In this document: positions 13,050 through 21,374 of the stretch, piece by piece | Layout: each line of letters begins with the position of its first letter | Position numbering within the stretch: the stretch's first letter is position 1 | Virus record (IMG/VR): IMGVR_UViG_3300020042_008065 | Span: 1 to 31,037 of that record | Reading direction: 5' to 3' (one strand) | Source: a virus | Taxonomy: Duplodnaviria; Caudoviricetes | DNA length: 31,037 nt | Made by a program: the position numbers and the translations under genes | Notes under the pieces: model-generated | What the model was told of the DNA's origin: nothing | The model's database searches: none | The model's input: only the letters and a program-made list of their open reading frames with translations

Positions 13050-13315
13050 CTTTTGACCCTTTCAATCATGTCCTGTAGGGTATTTAGTGGTATGTCTGGT
13101 GCTGGCGGAGCCTGACCTTTGCGGCGGGCTTCTGCACGGTCTTGAGTGTATTTGGTGTAACTCAAGGCCACGTCCATCACGAGAAAGTCCAGGGTGTCTG
13201 CTTCTGCAAGCACACGACTGGGCAACAGGTGATATCTTGTGGCCAGGTTATCTAGAACCAGGCAGCGCCTTAGGTCAGGACTATCAGGTTCTAACTGGGC
13301 GTTGATTACTTTCCC
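13046..13315 (-). CDS. Tail assembly chaperone -1 frameshift extension (gpGT-like)
   Basis: Open -1 frame of 90 codons from GGGAAAG (GKVINAQLEPDSPDLRRCLVLDNLATRYHLLPS...ERVKR*), with its stop overlapping the next ATG. Confidence 0.85.
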   Translation of the reverse strand, partial: GKVINAQLEPDSPDLRRCLVLDNLATRYHLLPSRVLAEADTLDFLVMDVALSYTKYTQDRAEARRKGQAPPAPDIPLNTLQDMIERVKR

Positions 13316-13602
13316 AGGCGATCAACCACAAGCGAGATCACACGCATCATGAGTTGAGTTGGCAGAGTAATTGAGTCTGTGAGAATCTGTTTGCCTTCTG
13401 AGTCCAGGATCAATTCACGCACAGCAGAGATCACTGAACTGGTGTTCTTCTGGTCAAGACTGGCCAGTTTCAAGAACACATCCATGGGCTGGCGATCCCA
13501 GGTCCAAAAGGTCAGGGCTTCACCGTACTGTTCAACGATGTCTGCATCGTCAATGGTGACTTCAATCAGAGTGGGTTTTTTTGCAATGTCAGAGAGTTTC
13601 AT
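13306..13602 (-). CDS. Tail assembly chaperone (gpG-like), 98 aa
   Basis: Lies between the tail tube and tape measure genes and ends in the slippery site. Confidence 0.85.
   Translation of the reverse strand: MKLSDIAKKPTLIEVTIDDADIVEQYGEALTFWTWDRQPMDVFLKLASLDQKNTSSVISAVRELILDSEGKQILTDSITLPTQLMMRVISLVVDRLGK
13309..13315 (-). other. Programmed -1 frameshift slippery site GGGAAAG
   Basis: Same heptamer as lambda G/T, placed on the last two codons (GK) of the chaperone ORF. Confidence 0.85.
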
Positions 13603-13780
13603 CTGTGGGTCCTTGAGTTCTTTTTATCATTTCGTTGCACAACACAACAAGAAAGCTGAGTCTACTGTGTACCTTGGAGATGTCCGCGGCAGCACAACGC
13701 AGCTCATTAACGCTTTTGGCAGTTTCAGCCAAGAGGCTTTGTGCCACTTCCAGGTCAGTTTTGGTTTGTAATATATCCAT
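13589..13780 (-). CDS. Hypothetical helical protein, 63 aa
   Basis: Fills the gap between the tail tube and chaperone genes, co-oriented. Confidence 0.65.
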   Translation of the reverse strand: MDILQTKTDLEVAQSLLAETAKSVNELRCAAADISKVHSRLSFLVVLCNEMIKRTQGPTDETL

Positions 13781-13800
13781 AAATCTTTCGTCTGTTGATC

Positions 13801-13835
13801 AACAGGGAACAGGGGCGAACCCTGTTCCTGTTTTT
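13801..13835. terminator. Stable hairpin directly after the major tail gene
   Basis: ggaacaggg/ccctgttcc 9-bp stem with extension. The T-run is on the plus strand, so on the coding strand it may act as an mRNA stabiliser or weak terminator. Confidence 0.6.
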
Positions 13836-14304
13836 AGGCTACTGTGTAGTCGCCAGTCACTGTCAAGGTGATTGGTGAGACCCACACAGGTGAATCAGCA
13901 CTCACTGTGGGTGCCAGGCCTGTGACATAAGCACTACCTGAGATGGTAGGTCCTGTGGCACCGGTTGATGTGTCACCCATGTACAGAGTGAACCCCACCA
14001 GAGGCTTGTTCTTGCTGAGACCAAACACACCAAGGTAGGCAGCACTGCTGGCACTAGCAGCAGAGTTGCCAAAGAATGTGGTTTGTTCAAGCACACAGTT
14101 CATACTGATGTCATTGGTTGCTGTGGTTGCCACCTGCTGTTTAGAGCCGGAGTCAAGTTGTGTCCAGGTGAATACATCGTTGCTATTGTTGATAGTGATG
14201 TCCTGAAGTGCGGGCATTGCCAAGGGTCCTGTGGCAGCTGACGTGGTTAGCGTTAGAGTTGCCTGAACATTGGCCACGCCTGGGGCTGGATAGATATAAG
14301 CCAT
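13834..14304 (-). CDS. Major tail tube protein, 156 aa
   Basis: Synteny; C-terminal SG.AYVTGLAPTVSADSPVWVSPITLTVTGDY; AAAGGA SD. Confidence 0.85.
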   Translation of the reverse strand: MAYIYPAPGVANVQATLTLTTSAATGPLAMPALQDITINNSNDVFTWTQLDSGSKQQVATTATNDISMNCVLEQTTFFGNSAASASSAAYLGVFGLSKNKPLVGFTLYMGDTSTGATGPTISGSAYVTGLAPTVSADSPVWVSPITLTVTGDYTVA

Positions 14305-14316
14305 TGCGATTTTCCT

Positions 14317-14715
14317 TTAGTTTATTTTCGTTTCTGAGAAACGGAACTCAAATTCTGTCAGCATGGTGTCTGCCACAAGAGTTGTAGTAACATCACATTC
14401 ACGACTGACAACGCCAGTTATTTCTGTGGTATTCTTTACATTTCTTACAGCATCCATCACACTATCATAGTTTGAGGGCTTGAGTTTTGCGTCATTTACG
14501 ACATACACCTGAATGGTTGTGACCTTTCTTGCAAAGACCGCAGCATCTAGTGTGTTGAAGAGATTGCTCTCTACAGAATCAGGCTCACTCACATAGAACA
14601 CCTTGAAGTTCTTGTAGTACAATTGCTCGCCGCTGGCGTCCCAGGGCAACTCGCTGCTGACAGCGTAGGTACCCAGGGCAACTGCGGCAATGCCGTCCAA
14701 GATGGCTTGTCTCAT
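14317..14715 (-). CDS. Neck / tail terminator-like protein, 132 aa
   Basis: Position before the tail tube gene, size, ATGA overlap. Confidence 0.6.
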   Translation of the reverse strand: MRQAILDGIAAVALGTYAVSSELPWDASGEQLYYKNFKVFYVSEPDSVESNLFNTLDAAVFARKVTTIQVYVVNDAKLKPSNYDSVMDAVRNVKNTTEITGVVSRECDVTTTLVADTMLTEFEFRFSETKIN

Positions 14716-15230
14716 CTGGTTCTCACCAAGTTTACAACGTAGGGATATTTTTCAGCATCTGTTATGGTTCCATTATTGGTGAAATCATACCAGTCGCCGG
14801 CCACTATCAATTCGTCAAACAGGTCGCGAAACTTTGTGTCGTAGAATCCAATCTTCTGACGCTCTGCTGAATCCTGGTTGCCAAAGTCTGCTACTTTTGC
14901 CAGCAGATACTCTGAAAGAGTGTGATACACACAGAGGTCTGTGAAATCACTTTGGCGTGCCAGGATCAAGAAAGGGTCAAGAGCCGGAACACTGATACTT
15001 TGTCCAGTCACCACATTGGCCATGCTACCTGACTGGCGGATGTAGTAATCCTTCCACCAGTTGCTTGAGCGTAGCATGTCCAGAATGCGTTGAGTTGAAC
15101 GAATCAGTGCTCCTTCCACAACATCTTGAGTCAAGCCTTCATTGGCTGAGAACAGGCGACTGTCCTTGGCCAGAACATCATCGTAATCAGCAAAACTGAA
15201 GAAGGTGGTTCCTTGTGTAATGAAAGCCAT
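14712..15230 (-). CDS. Head-tail adaptor protein, 172 aa
   Basis: Directly after the major capsid gene; FADYDDV...ALIRSTQRI pattern typical of adaptors. Confidence 0.65.
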   Translation of the reverse strand: MAFITQGTTFFSFADYDDVLAKDSRLFSANEGLTQDVVEGALIRSTQRILDMLRSSNWWKDYYIRQSGSMANVVTGQSISVPALDPFLILARQSDFTDLCVYHTLSEYLLAKVADFGNQDSAERQKIGFYDTKFRDLFDELIVAGDWYDFTNNGTITDAEKYPYVVNLVRTR

Positions 15231-15245
15231 GATTGTCGTGTCCTA

Positions 15246-16103
15246 TCAAGGGTTGATGCTGGAGTTGTTGTTCAAGCTACGACCATAGTTGCTTTGCAGC
15301 AAGCCAGTGCCATAATATGCAGAACACACAATGTCATCGCCCAGGAACGCAGCACGACGCTGAGTCTCAATAGAGATGTCGCCAATCAAGCCAAGACCAA
15401 TAGCATCACGCTGGAAAATAGCACCAATGTAGTTGCCGGCTGCGCCAGAGTTGGCCATGTTGCTGGTTTCGTAAACTGGGATACCAGCCAACATACCAAC
15501 AAAGCCTGTTCTCATTGCTTCATTTGCATTTTCACCATAAGCACCTGCTGTGAAAGGTGTGTTGCCTTGAGAAGTCAATGCTGACTTCAAGTCAAAAGCA
15601 ATCTCAGGATGAATCACGCAAACCATTCCGTCTGTAGGAACAGCATCTGCCTTGAGTTTTGCCACTGCTGTGAAGATCTGTGCTGCTGTGATAACAGTTG
15701 TGCCTGCTGTGGGTGCAACAAAGCCACTGAACAATGCTGTCAAGTCAGTGTCAATCTTGCGAGCCACTGCTTCACCAAACAAGCGACCCAGGTCAGCCAC
15801 AACATTTGAGGCTGCACTCACACGGGCCAGGTCAGTAAGCAAGGTGCGGATAGCAACTGGACTTACCACTAACTGTGCTGTGTTGGTTGACACTGCGGTG
15901 TTGGTGACTTCATTACCTTCCGTCACAGCCGCGGCTGTTTGGATTGGGTAGATGGGCACATTGACATTTTTACCTTGACCAGGGGCCAGGGTGTAGTTCT
16001 TTACCAGACCACGCATGATACTGCGTTCTGATGCCACGAACATGGCTTCCTGGATAATCTCTGGTAAGAGATCGTTTAGAGTTGTTGTTGTTGAACCGGC
16101 CAT
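15246..16103 (-). CDS. Major capsid protein (HK97 fold), 285 aa
   Basis: Follows the scaffold gene; V.VP.Y, A..V.EG, A.A.KID.D, VIHP, G.LAGIPVYETSN and IETQR motifs; AAGGAG SD. Confidence 0.92.
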   Translation of the reverse strand: MAGSTTTTLNDLLPEIIQEAMFVASERSIMRGLVKNYTLAPGQGKNVNVPIYPIQTAAAVTEGNEVTNTAVSTNTAQLVVSPVAIRTLLTDLARVSAASNVVADLGRLFGEAVARKIDTDLTALFSGFVAPTAGTTVITAAQIFTAVAKLKADAVPTDGMVCVIHPEIAFDLKSALTSQGNTPFTAGAYGENANEAMRTGFVGMLAGIPVYETSNMANSGAAGNYIGAIFQRDAIGLGLIGDISIETQRRAAFLGDDIVCSAYYGTGLLQSNYGRSLNNNSSINP

Positions 16104-16121
16104 TAGAATTCTCCTTGAATA

Positions 16122-16808
16122 TTAGGCTATACCGTTGGTCTTGCGATATTGTGCATAGACTTTGCGGTCTTCTGGACTTTTCATGTCCAGTTTGGTGATG
16201 TCCACCTTGTGTGGGCTTGCTGCAGATATTGAAGAACGACCTTGTGATGTGGCCGGAGTGGCCTGAACAAAATGAGGATTACTTGTGAGAAAGTCCTGCA
16301 CAAGATTCTCAACACCCCAAGGTTGCCCTTGATCCGTGTAGCGAACTTTGCCTGCACTGTCTAACACTTCTACTTCTCCATCTTGACTCATACGCACCTG
16401 GCTTCTCAACAGACTCTTGACCTGTTCAGGATTGACTGAACGAAGTCTTGCTGCTGTTGTGACCAGAGGCACATCAACTTTGTATTCTTGTATCACGCGG
16501 TCCCGCTTGGCTATCTCAGCATCTTTCTTGGCTGCCATGTCCTGTAGAATTTTTTCAAACTCTCCACGCTTGACCTGCTCTTGTTGTTGTTTCTGTTCCC
16601 AGTCAGACTTGATTGTGCGTAGTTCCTCAATGTCACCTAGTTCTTCATAGGGTTTTGCAACCTTTTTCTGAACAGCGGCTTTCATCTTGGCCATTGCATT
16701 GTCAAATTCTTCTTGAGAATATGTACGCTGTGTGTTGCCTGCGGCTTCCTGACTTGTGTGTGGCAGAGCGTCAGTTGCTCCTGTTGCTGCCAATGATTCT
16801 GAGTTCAT
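16122..16808 (-). CDS. Capsid scaffolding protein, 228 aa
   Basis: TYSQEEFD then coiled coil with GEFEK, FL..NPHF and a basic C-terminus; lies upstream of the capsid gene. Confidence 0.8.
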   Translation of the reverse strand: MNSESLAATGATDALPHTSQEAAGNTQRTYSQEEFDNAMAKMKAAVQKKVAKPYEELGDIEELRTIKSDWEQKQQQEQVKRGEFEKILQDMAAKKDAEIAKRDRVIQEYKVDVPLVTTAARLRSVNPEQVKSLLRSQVRMSQDGEVEVLDSAGKVRYTDQGQPWGVENLVQDFLTSNPHFVQATPATSQGRSSISAASPHKVDITKLDMKSPEDRKVYAQYRKTNGIA

Positions 16809-16834
16809 TGTATCTCTTCCCCTTGTGGTTGATC

Positions 16835-16878
16835 CACGCTCACACCAGGGTGATGCAAGCGTATGGTAATTTTATTTA
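16835..16878 (-). promoter_or_regulatory. TAAATA putative late promoter (16873-16878) with a 12-13 bp leader hairpin (16835-16863)
   Basis: ACGCUUGCAUCA-CCC-UGGUGUGAGCGU pairs fully only on the minus strand (G-U pairs); precedes the scaffold/capsid operon. Confidence 0.6.
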
Positions 16879-16903
16879 CCGTTTGTGCGTGGCCTTGCAG
16901 CCT

Positions 16904-17089
16904 TTACTTGCTGAGTTTGCGAACAAGTCTGGGTCTGTTGGCCCGGATGGCTTGGTCTTCAGCAATGTTTAACGCAACGGCTGTGTCTCTTGCTCGTGTC
17001 TGCGTGGGATATTCACGTTGCAACATCTTGATGTTCTTGTTGATTGAAGTTTCTGTGAAACCTCTAATGACTCGTTTGCTGTCTTTCAT
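16904..17089 (-). CDS. Small basic protein, 61 aa
   Basis: GAGG SD; G....I..NI..L.RE.P.....A.A.AL..A pattern seen in phage head modules. Confidence 0.65.
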   Translation of the reverse strand: MKDSKRVIRGFTETSINKNIKMLQREYPTQTRARDTAVALNIAEDQAIRANRPRLVRKLSK

Positions 17090-17090
17090 T

Positions 17091-17174
17091 TTAGTATCCT
17101 CTTCCAGGTTTGGGTGGTTTGGGTCGCTTCTTGTTCTTTTCAGTCCTGGACCCTCTTGCTGGCAATGCTCTCAT
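17091..17174 (-). CDS. 27-aa Lys/Arg/Pro-rich microprotein (MRALPARGSRTEKNKKRPKPPKPGRGY)
   Basis: Hand translation; AAGGAG SD at 17180-17185, ATGA overlap with the portal stop, ends 1 nt before the next ATG. Confidence 0.7.
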   Translation of the reverse strand: MRALPARGSRTEKNKKRPKPPKPGRGY

Positions 17175-18751
17175 AAGATCTCCTTAGTTGTTGAGGCCAT
17201 TCCTGAATCATAGCCTTCCCACTTGGCACACCAGAACACAGCACGAACAGGTGCATCAAACTTGGTGCAATACAATTCACCAGGCTTGTAGTATTCACAG
17301 TTGCCGCAGTTTTCGCCTGGCGGCACATCAGGGTTGGTGGCCAACTGATACGCGGCTGGCAATGAGTCAGGGATTGCTTCACCATCAGGATATGTTCTAC
17401 CTGTTTGTGGATTTGGATCAATAAACGGCAAGAGATCATCATCTTCACCCAGCAGTTCCAGCAAGTGTTGATCAATTGCTCTGTACACCACAGGATCAGT
17501 TGCGGCTGATTTGGCAGTGACCAGTTGTGCAACTTCACGACCAGTGTCACGAATGTTGAAACTTCCTGGATACTCTATTTCACCGGTCCAGGTCTGACTC
17601 TGATACAGGCTCCACAGCTGCCAGATCTGTTCTTCAGCCAGTTCAAGATTGTCTGCTTTCTCACTCAGTTTGGCGTTGAGCAACTGGAATTCTGTTTCCA
17701 TAGCAATGCCACTCATTGAGGTGGCATCTGTTCCACGCACACTGCCTGTGTTGGCCATGCGGTCAATCATCTTCACACGGTTGTTTACTGATTCGTAGAT
17801 CATGTTGATGGGAGTGGCATCTGCATTCAGCATGTAGGGACGCAAGCCAGGGTCAAGATCAGTGCCCATCATGATTATGGCACCTGCACCTGCACCCACC
17901 TGTGTGTCTGGGGTCACAACCAGACTGGGATGGCCTTCCAGTCTAACTGACTGTTCTACTTCACTCAGTTCATTGTAGATGGCTCGCTGTTGATCAGCAA
18001 TGTCCGTGATGTCACTTATGCCAATACCACGCACCTGACTGCGTTCATTGTAGACCAGGACCACAGGCACACGGCCCAGTTCGTTGATTTCTTCTGCCAC
18101 CAACAGGGCTTCGCGTCTGATGTTGTTGGCTTCATAGGTGCGTATGAAGTCAGGTGTCCATTCACGGATGGTGGTTACTGAGTCATTCACATCTTCAATG
18201 TATTTGAAATACACAATGTCATAACGACCATTGGCACGACGTTCCCAACGCCAGTCAGTGACCACCAGGGGTGTCAGCAGATTAACATAGGGTCTCACAC
18301 CTTGAGCCAGTTGATCTGCCAGAGTTTCTGCAGCCGTACCAGGCTTGGTCATTAGGACCCAGCAGTGTCCAAACACTGAACTCCAGACGCTGACTTCTTT
18401 CATGAACGCATCAAAACTGCGTCCATCCATGTCTGCATCTTCCAGGAAGTCCTGCAACATGGGATCATTTTCAATGGTGCCAAACTGTCTTTTGGGTTGT
18501 TCACGAAACAAGAAACTGATATACACACTGATCACACTGCGGCAGTGATTGTCTAGTGGTGTGCTTCTGCAGCGGGCTTGATATTCAGCACCTGTTTCAT
18601 TGGTGTATTTGACCAGGTAGTTGCCCAGGCGATAGTCATCTCCGCCCACATAACTGTCCAGCAAAAAGATCCAGCGATCTCTATTTCTGCTGAAGTCCAC
18701 ATTGAGGCTGCCTGCATAGTTGTATGCTTCTGTTAGAACGATATTTGCCAT
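17171..18751 (-). CDS. Portal protein with a C-terminal HiPIP-like Cys4 domain, 526 aa
   Basis: Follows TerL; DAD.DG, FGHCWV, LG.VPVV, G.SDI.DIA and SG.A...F..LN..L portal motifs; tail PPGENCGNCEYY...CTKF...V...WCAKW. Confidence 0.9.
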   Translation of the reverse strand: MANIVLTEAYNYAGSLNVDFSRNRDRWIFLLDSYVGGDDYRLGNYLVKYTNETGAEYQARCRSTPLDNHCRSVISVYISFLFREQPKRQFGTIENDPMLQDFLEDADMDGRSFDAFMKEVSVWSSVFGHCWVLMTKPGTAAETLADQLAQGVRPYVNLLTPLVVTDWRWERRANGRYDIVYFKYIEDVNDSVTTIREWTPDFIRTYEANNIRREALLVAEEINELGRVPVVLVYNERSQVRGIGISDITDIADQQRAIYNELSEVEQSVRLEGHPSLVVTPDTQVGAGAGAIIMMGTDLDPGLRPYMLNADATPINMIYESVNNRVKMIDRMANTGSVRGTDATSMSGIAMETEFQLLNAKLSEKADNLELAEEQIWQLWSLYQSQTWTGEIEYPGSFNIRDTGREVAQLVTAKSAATDPVVYRAIDQHLLELLGEDDDLLPFIDPNPQTGRTYPDGEAIPDSLPAAYQLATNPDVPPGENCGNCEYYKPGELYCTKFDAPVRAVFWCAKWEGYDSGMASTTKEIL

Positions 18752-18752
18752 T

Positions 18753-19979
18753 TTAAGTAATCCTATGTCCCCAGCGTTGTGCTGGCAGTGGTTTATATTC
18801 CGTTTTCACGGGCCAGATATATGACACCATGTAGCGTAGTGCATCGCTCATGTGGTCATATCCTGAATCTTTGTCTGGTTGACTGGTGCCCTGTTTGTAG
18901 GCATGTCTTTCCAGAGCTTCTATGGTGTATTTACACTTGGGATCAACAACTAGATGTCTCTTGCCTGCGGCATCACACAGTCGTGAGTTCACAGCATTGA
19001 TGCCATCACGCACCGGGTCGTGACTCATGGGTGCCTTGACCACAAAGCCTGCATTGGTCAAAATGCTGATGTCTGTGGCTCCACCTGCTGAAGTCTTGCG
19101 TTGTCTGGCAGCAGGGTCAGGATACACCCAGATCTTGCTGCGTGGATAGCGTGATTTTATTTCCGCCACCATTTCCTGTGTGTTTGAACTGAACATGCGG
19201 ATCTCATCCACAATGTGTAGCGTATCGTTGTGTCTGACCCCAATGGTGGCACTCATGGGATCAATGTTGAAGTCCATGCCTATATGCACAGCATCTGGTT
19301 GATCAACACGGAGACTCACCACATTCGCACGGTCAAATGCATAGTAGATCCTGCCGGCATATGATTCAAATGTGGCTTCAAACTCCTGACGGAATGTGCG
19401 TTCATCCATTTCAGATCTGGCAGCAGCAATTTCTTCTGGCGTGACTCTACCACCTTCCAGTGTGGTAAACTGCCAACTCGCCCAGGAGTCTGCATGGTCC
19501 AGACTCATGTCAAATATGTCCTTGCTCCAGTTGCCTGTGCCCTTGGGTGTGCCTATGAACAAGGCATGACCCTGTGTGTCACTCAGGGTGGGACGCACCG
19601 CAGTCCAGACTTCTGTGTCCATGTCTGCAAACTCATCAAACACACAAAAATCCACGCTGTATCCCCTCATGCGATCAAATGCATCTGCTGAGCGTATGCC
19701 TATTTCACTGCCATTGCGCAGGTGCAGAGTGAGATCACTTTCGTTGACCTTGGTGACCCAGTTGAGATCAGTGAGACGACCTTTCAACTGTTCCCACACA
19801 ATGCCCTTGCCTTGACCACGTGTGGGTGCAATGAACCAGCAGGTTCTGTCAGGATAACGAGCAAAGCGAGCCAGTTCACGCATGGCCAGAAATGTTTTGC
19901 CAAATCTACGTCCGCAGATGGCCACTCTGAATCTTGAGGTGCTTGAAGCAATCAGTTGTTGTGGCGCACTCAGAGCCAA
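18753..19979 (-). CDS. terL: Terminase large subunit, 408 aa
   Basis: Walker A GRRFGKT, Walker B FCVFDEF, coupling motif IGTP, nuclease GMDFN, YPDPA and DHMSDALRY. Confidence 0.97.
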   Translation of the reverse strand: MALSAPQQLIASSTSRFRVAICGRRFGKTFLAMRELARFARYPDRTCWFIAPTRGQGKGIVWEQLKGRLTDLNWVTKVNESDLTLHLRNGSEIGIRSADAFDRMRGYSVDFCVFDEFADMDTEVWTAVRPTLSDTQGHALFIGTPKGTGNWSKDIFDMSLDHADSWASWQFTTLEGGRVTPEEIAAARSEMDERTFRQEFEATFESYAGRIYYAFDRANVVSLRVDQPDAVHIGMDFNIDPMSATIGVRHNDTLHIVDEIRMFSSNTQEMVAEIKSRYPRSKIWVYPDPAARQRKTSAGGATDISILTNAGFVVKAPMSHDPVRDGINAVNSRLCDAAGKRHLVVDPKCKYTIEALERHAYKQGTSQPDKDSGYDHMSDALRYMVSYIWPVKTEYKPLPAQRWGHRIT

Positions 19980-20453
19980 TTATTCATCCTCCCAGGGCAA
20001 CACTTGTGCTTCCTGGTTTGTGAGTGGTGAGTCACTTTGACCCAGCAGATTCTTGCCTAGAAAAATCAGCATGGTGGGATTGCCACTCATGGCCACTTCT
20101 ATCTGTTTTCTTCTTAGACTTTGCTTTAGTGTCTCGCGACCTTTTACAAGTTCTACGCTGAAGTTGTAGCGAAGTGTGTTGGAGTCAATGCCAAACCAGT
20201 CAGAGATCTCTGTGTCTTTGCAGCCTATGGCAGCAAGTTTGAACACATCTGCAGTGGTAATGGCTTTTTTGTTGCGACCCACAATCTTGCCCTGGGTCTC
20301 AATTGTGATGGGTTTTTCCGGTTTTCCGCCGGTGTGATCGCGATTGTTGATGTGTTCCTGACAGGCCACCAACAGTGTCTGATTGCGTGTTTCAAGATTG
20401 GGTACGTCTTGTGGCGTGTGATCCGGTGACTGATCAGTGTCTACCTCGTTCAT
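19980..20453 (-). CDS. terS: Terminase small subunit, 157 aa
   Basis: Adjacent to TerL; HTH (LAAIGC.DTEISDWFGI) and LRRKQ...A..GN.TMLIFLGKN.LGQSD. Confidence 0.88.
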   Translation of the reverse strand: MNEVDTDQSPDHTPQDVPNLETRNQTLLVACQEHINNRDHTGGKPEKPITIETQGKIVGRNKKAITTADVFKLAAIGCKDTEISDWFGIDSNTLRYNFSVELVKGRETLKQSLRRKQIEVAMSGNPTMLIFLGKNLLGQSDSPLTNQEAQVLPWEDE

Positions 20454-20489
20454 AGGTCAAGTTCCTTTACCAGCGCAGGGCTGTAAGTT

Positions 20490-20495
20490 TACTTA
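20490..20495 (-). promoter_or_regulatory. TAAGTA variant of the late motif upstream of terS
   Basis: One mismatch to TAAATA, in the intergenic gap before the terS SD. Confidence 0.4.
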
Positions 20496-20509
20496 CCTAA
20501 CGGCACAGA

Positions 20510-20764
20510 CTACATGACCTTTAGGGCCACAAAATCCTCAGTGTCAAACATCACATTGAGTTTGTGAGCAAGATTTCGTGTGGTAGCTGCATGTGGGCTG
20601 CCGTTTCTGATGTATTTGGTGCGGTCTATGTGCCGGGAGATTTGTTTGAGTTGGCATGGTCTGCCCTGATAGCACACCACCCACCAGTCTGGTGCCTGTA
20701 CCACTTGTGTGGTGTAAAAGTCTGTGGTGTGATTTTCCAGCAGTATTTCAGGAGCAGGACGCAT
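20510..20764 (-). CDS. Conserved-type phage hypothetical protein, 84 aa, leaderless
   Basis: TAAATA-N5-ATG with no SD; W.V.Y.G.P and NLA.KLN..F.T.DF pattern. Confidence 0.75.
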   Translation of the reverse strand: MRPAPEILLENHTTDFYTTQVVQAPDWWVVCYQGRPCQLKQISRHIDRTKYIRNGSPHAATTRNLAHKLNVMFDTEDFVALKVM

Positions 20765-20772
20765 TGTGTTAT

Positions 20773-21042
20773 TTAATCAGGACCCGGCATATGCACAAGG
20801 TTTCTGATCATCACATACTGCTGCCAGGCGTTCATCACAGCAGGATGCCGCACAGCACGTTCATGTGCCTGAACAATTTGCACAATCTCCTGCCAGTCTC
20901 GCTCAGGCAACTGCACTTCCACACCGCGTGTGTGCTGGATCTCTGGCTCAGCATAGGGCATGACACCTGTGAACCTGCCCTGTGTGTATTCTCTAAACAC
21001 AGCACGGCCTTCACGTATGAGCAAGTTATCTAATAGTGCCAA
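20773..21042 (-). CDS. Hypothetical protein, ~89 aa (start uncertain, TTG)
   Basis: Co-oriented and fills the gap; C-terminal HPAVMNAWQQY helix. Confidence 0.65.
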   Translation of the reverse strand: MALLDNLLIREGRAVFREYTQGRFTGVMPYAEPEIQHTRGVEVQLPERDWQEIVQIVQAHERAVRHPAVMNAWQQYVMIRNLVHMPGPD

Positions 21043-21253
21043 TTACACGGCCTCTGGAGTTGGTGACGGTGAGGGGTCGTGTGCCCACGCCCTGTGTGCT
21101 CGCACTTTCGCCTGGCACCTGATATTGAGTGCCCTGTGCTGTGTGTTCACAGATCAAGGCCTGGTAGCAGGGATTTGCCCAGGGGTTGGCGCAGGCTGTG
21201 AGCATGAGCGTGATCATGATTATCATGATCATTATGACGGTTACGGATTTCAT
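21026..21253 (-). CDS. Small lipoprotein, 75 aa
   Basis: MK, hydrophobic stretch and lipobox LTAC; AAAGGA SD. Confidence 0.7.
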   Translation of the reverse strand: MKSVTVIMIMIIMITLMLTACANPWANPCYQALICEHTAQGTQYQVPGESASTQGVGTRPLTVTNSRGRVIGTIR

Positions 21254-21374
21254 GTGCGGTTTCCTTTTCTACTGCTGAATACACAATGTCCAGTGCCGCA
21301 TCAACTCCATGTGTGTGGATTGTGCGTCTTATGAGACTCTGCATCTGTAGTCTTGTGAACAAGGGTGTGGTCAT
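21147..21374 (-). CDS. Hypothetical protein, 75 aa, 3' end overlapping the lipoprotein gene
   Basis: AGGAG SD and ATGA overlap with the upstream stop. Confidence 0.55.
   Translation of the reverse strand: MTTPLFTRLQMQSLIRRTIHTHGVDAALDIVYSAVEKETAHEIRNRHNDHDNHDHAHAHSLRQPLGKSLLPGLDL

Noticed and set aside
21211-21231. Perfect 21-bp palindrome tgatcatgat-t-atcatgatca
   Set aside because: Explained by alternating ATC/ATG codons in the lipoprotein signal peptide; I saw no other copy.
21026-21374. Rz/Rz1 spanin pair
   Set aside because: The upstream ORF lacks an N-terminal transmembrane helix and coiled coil, and the locus is far from the holin-like gene.
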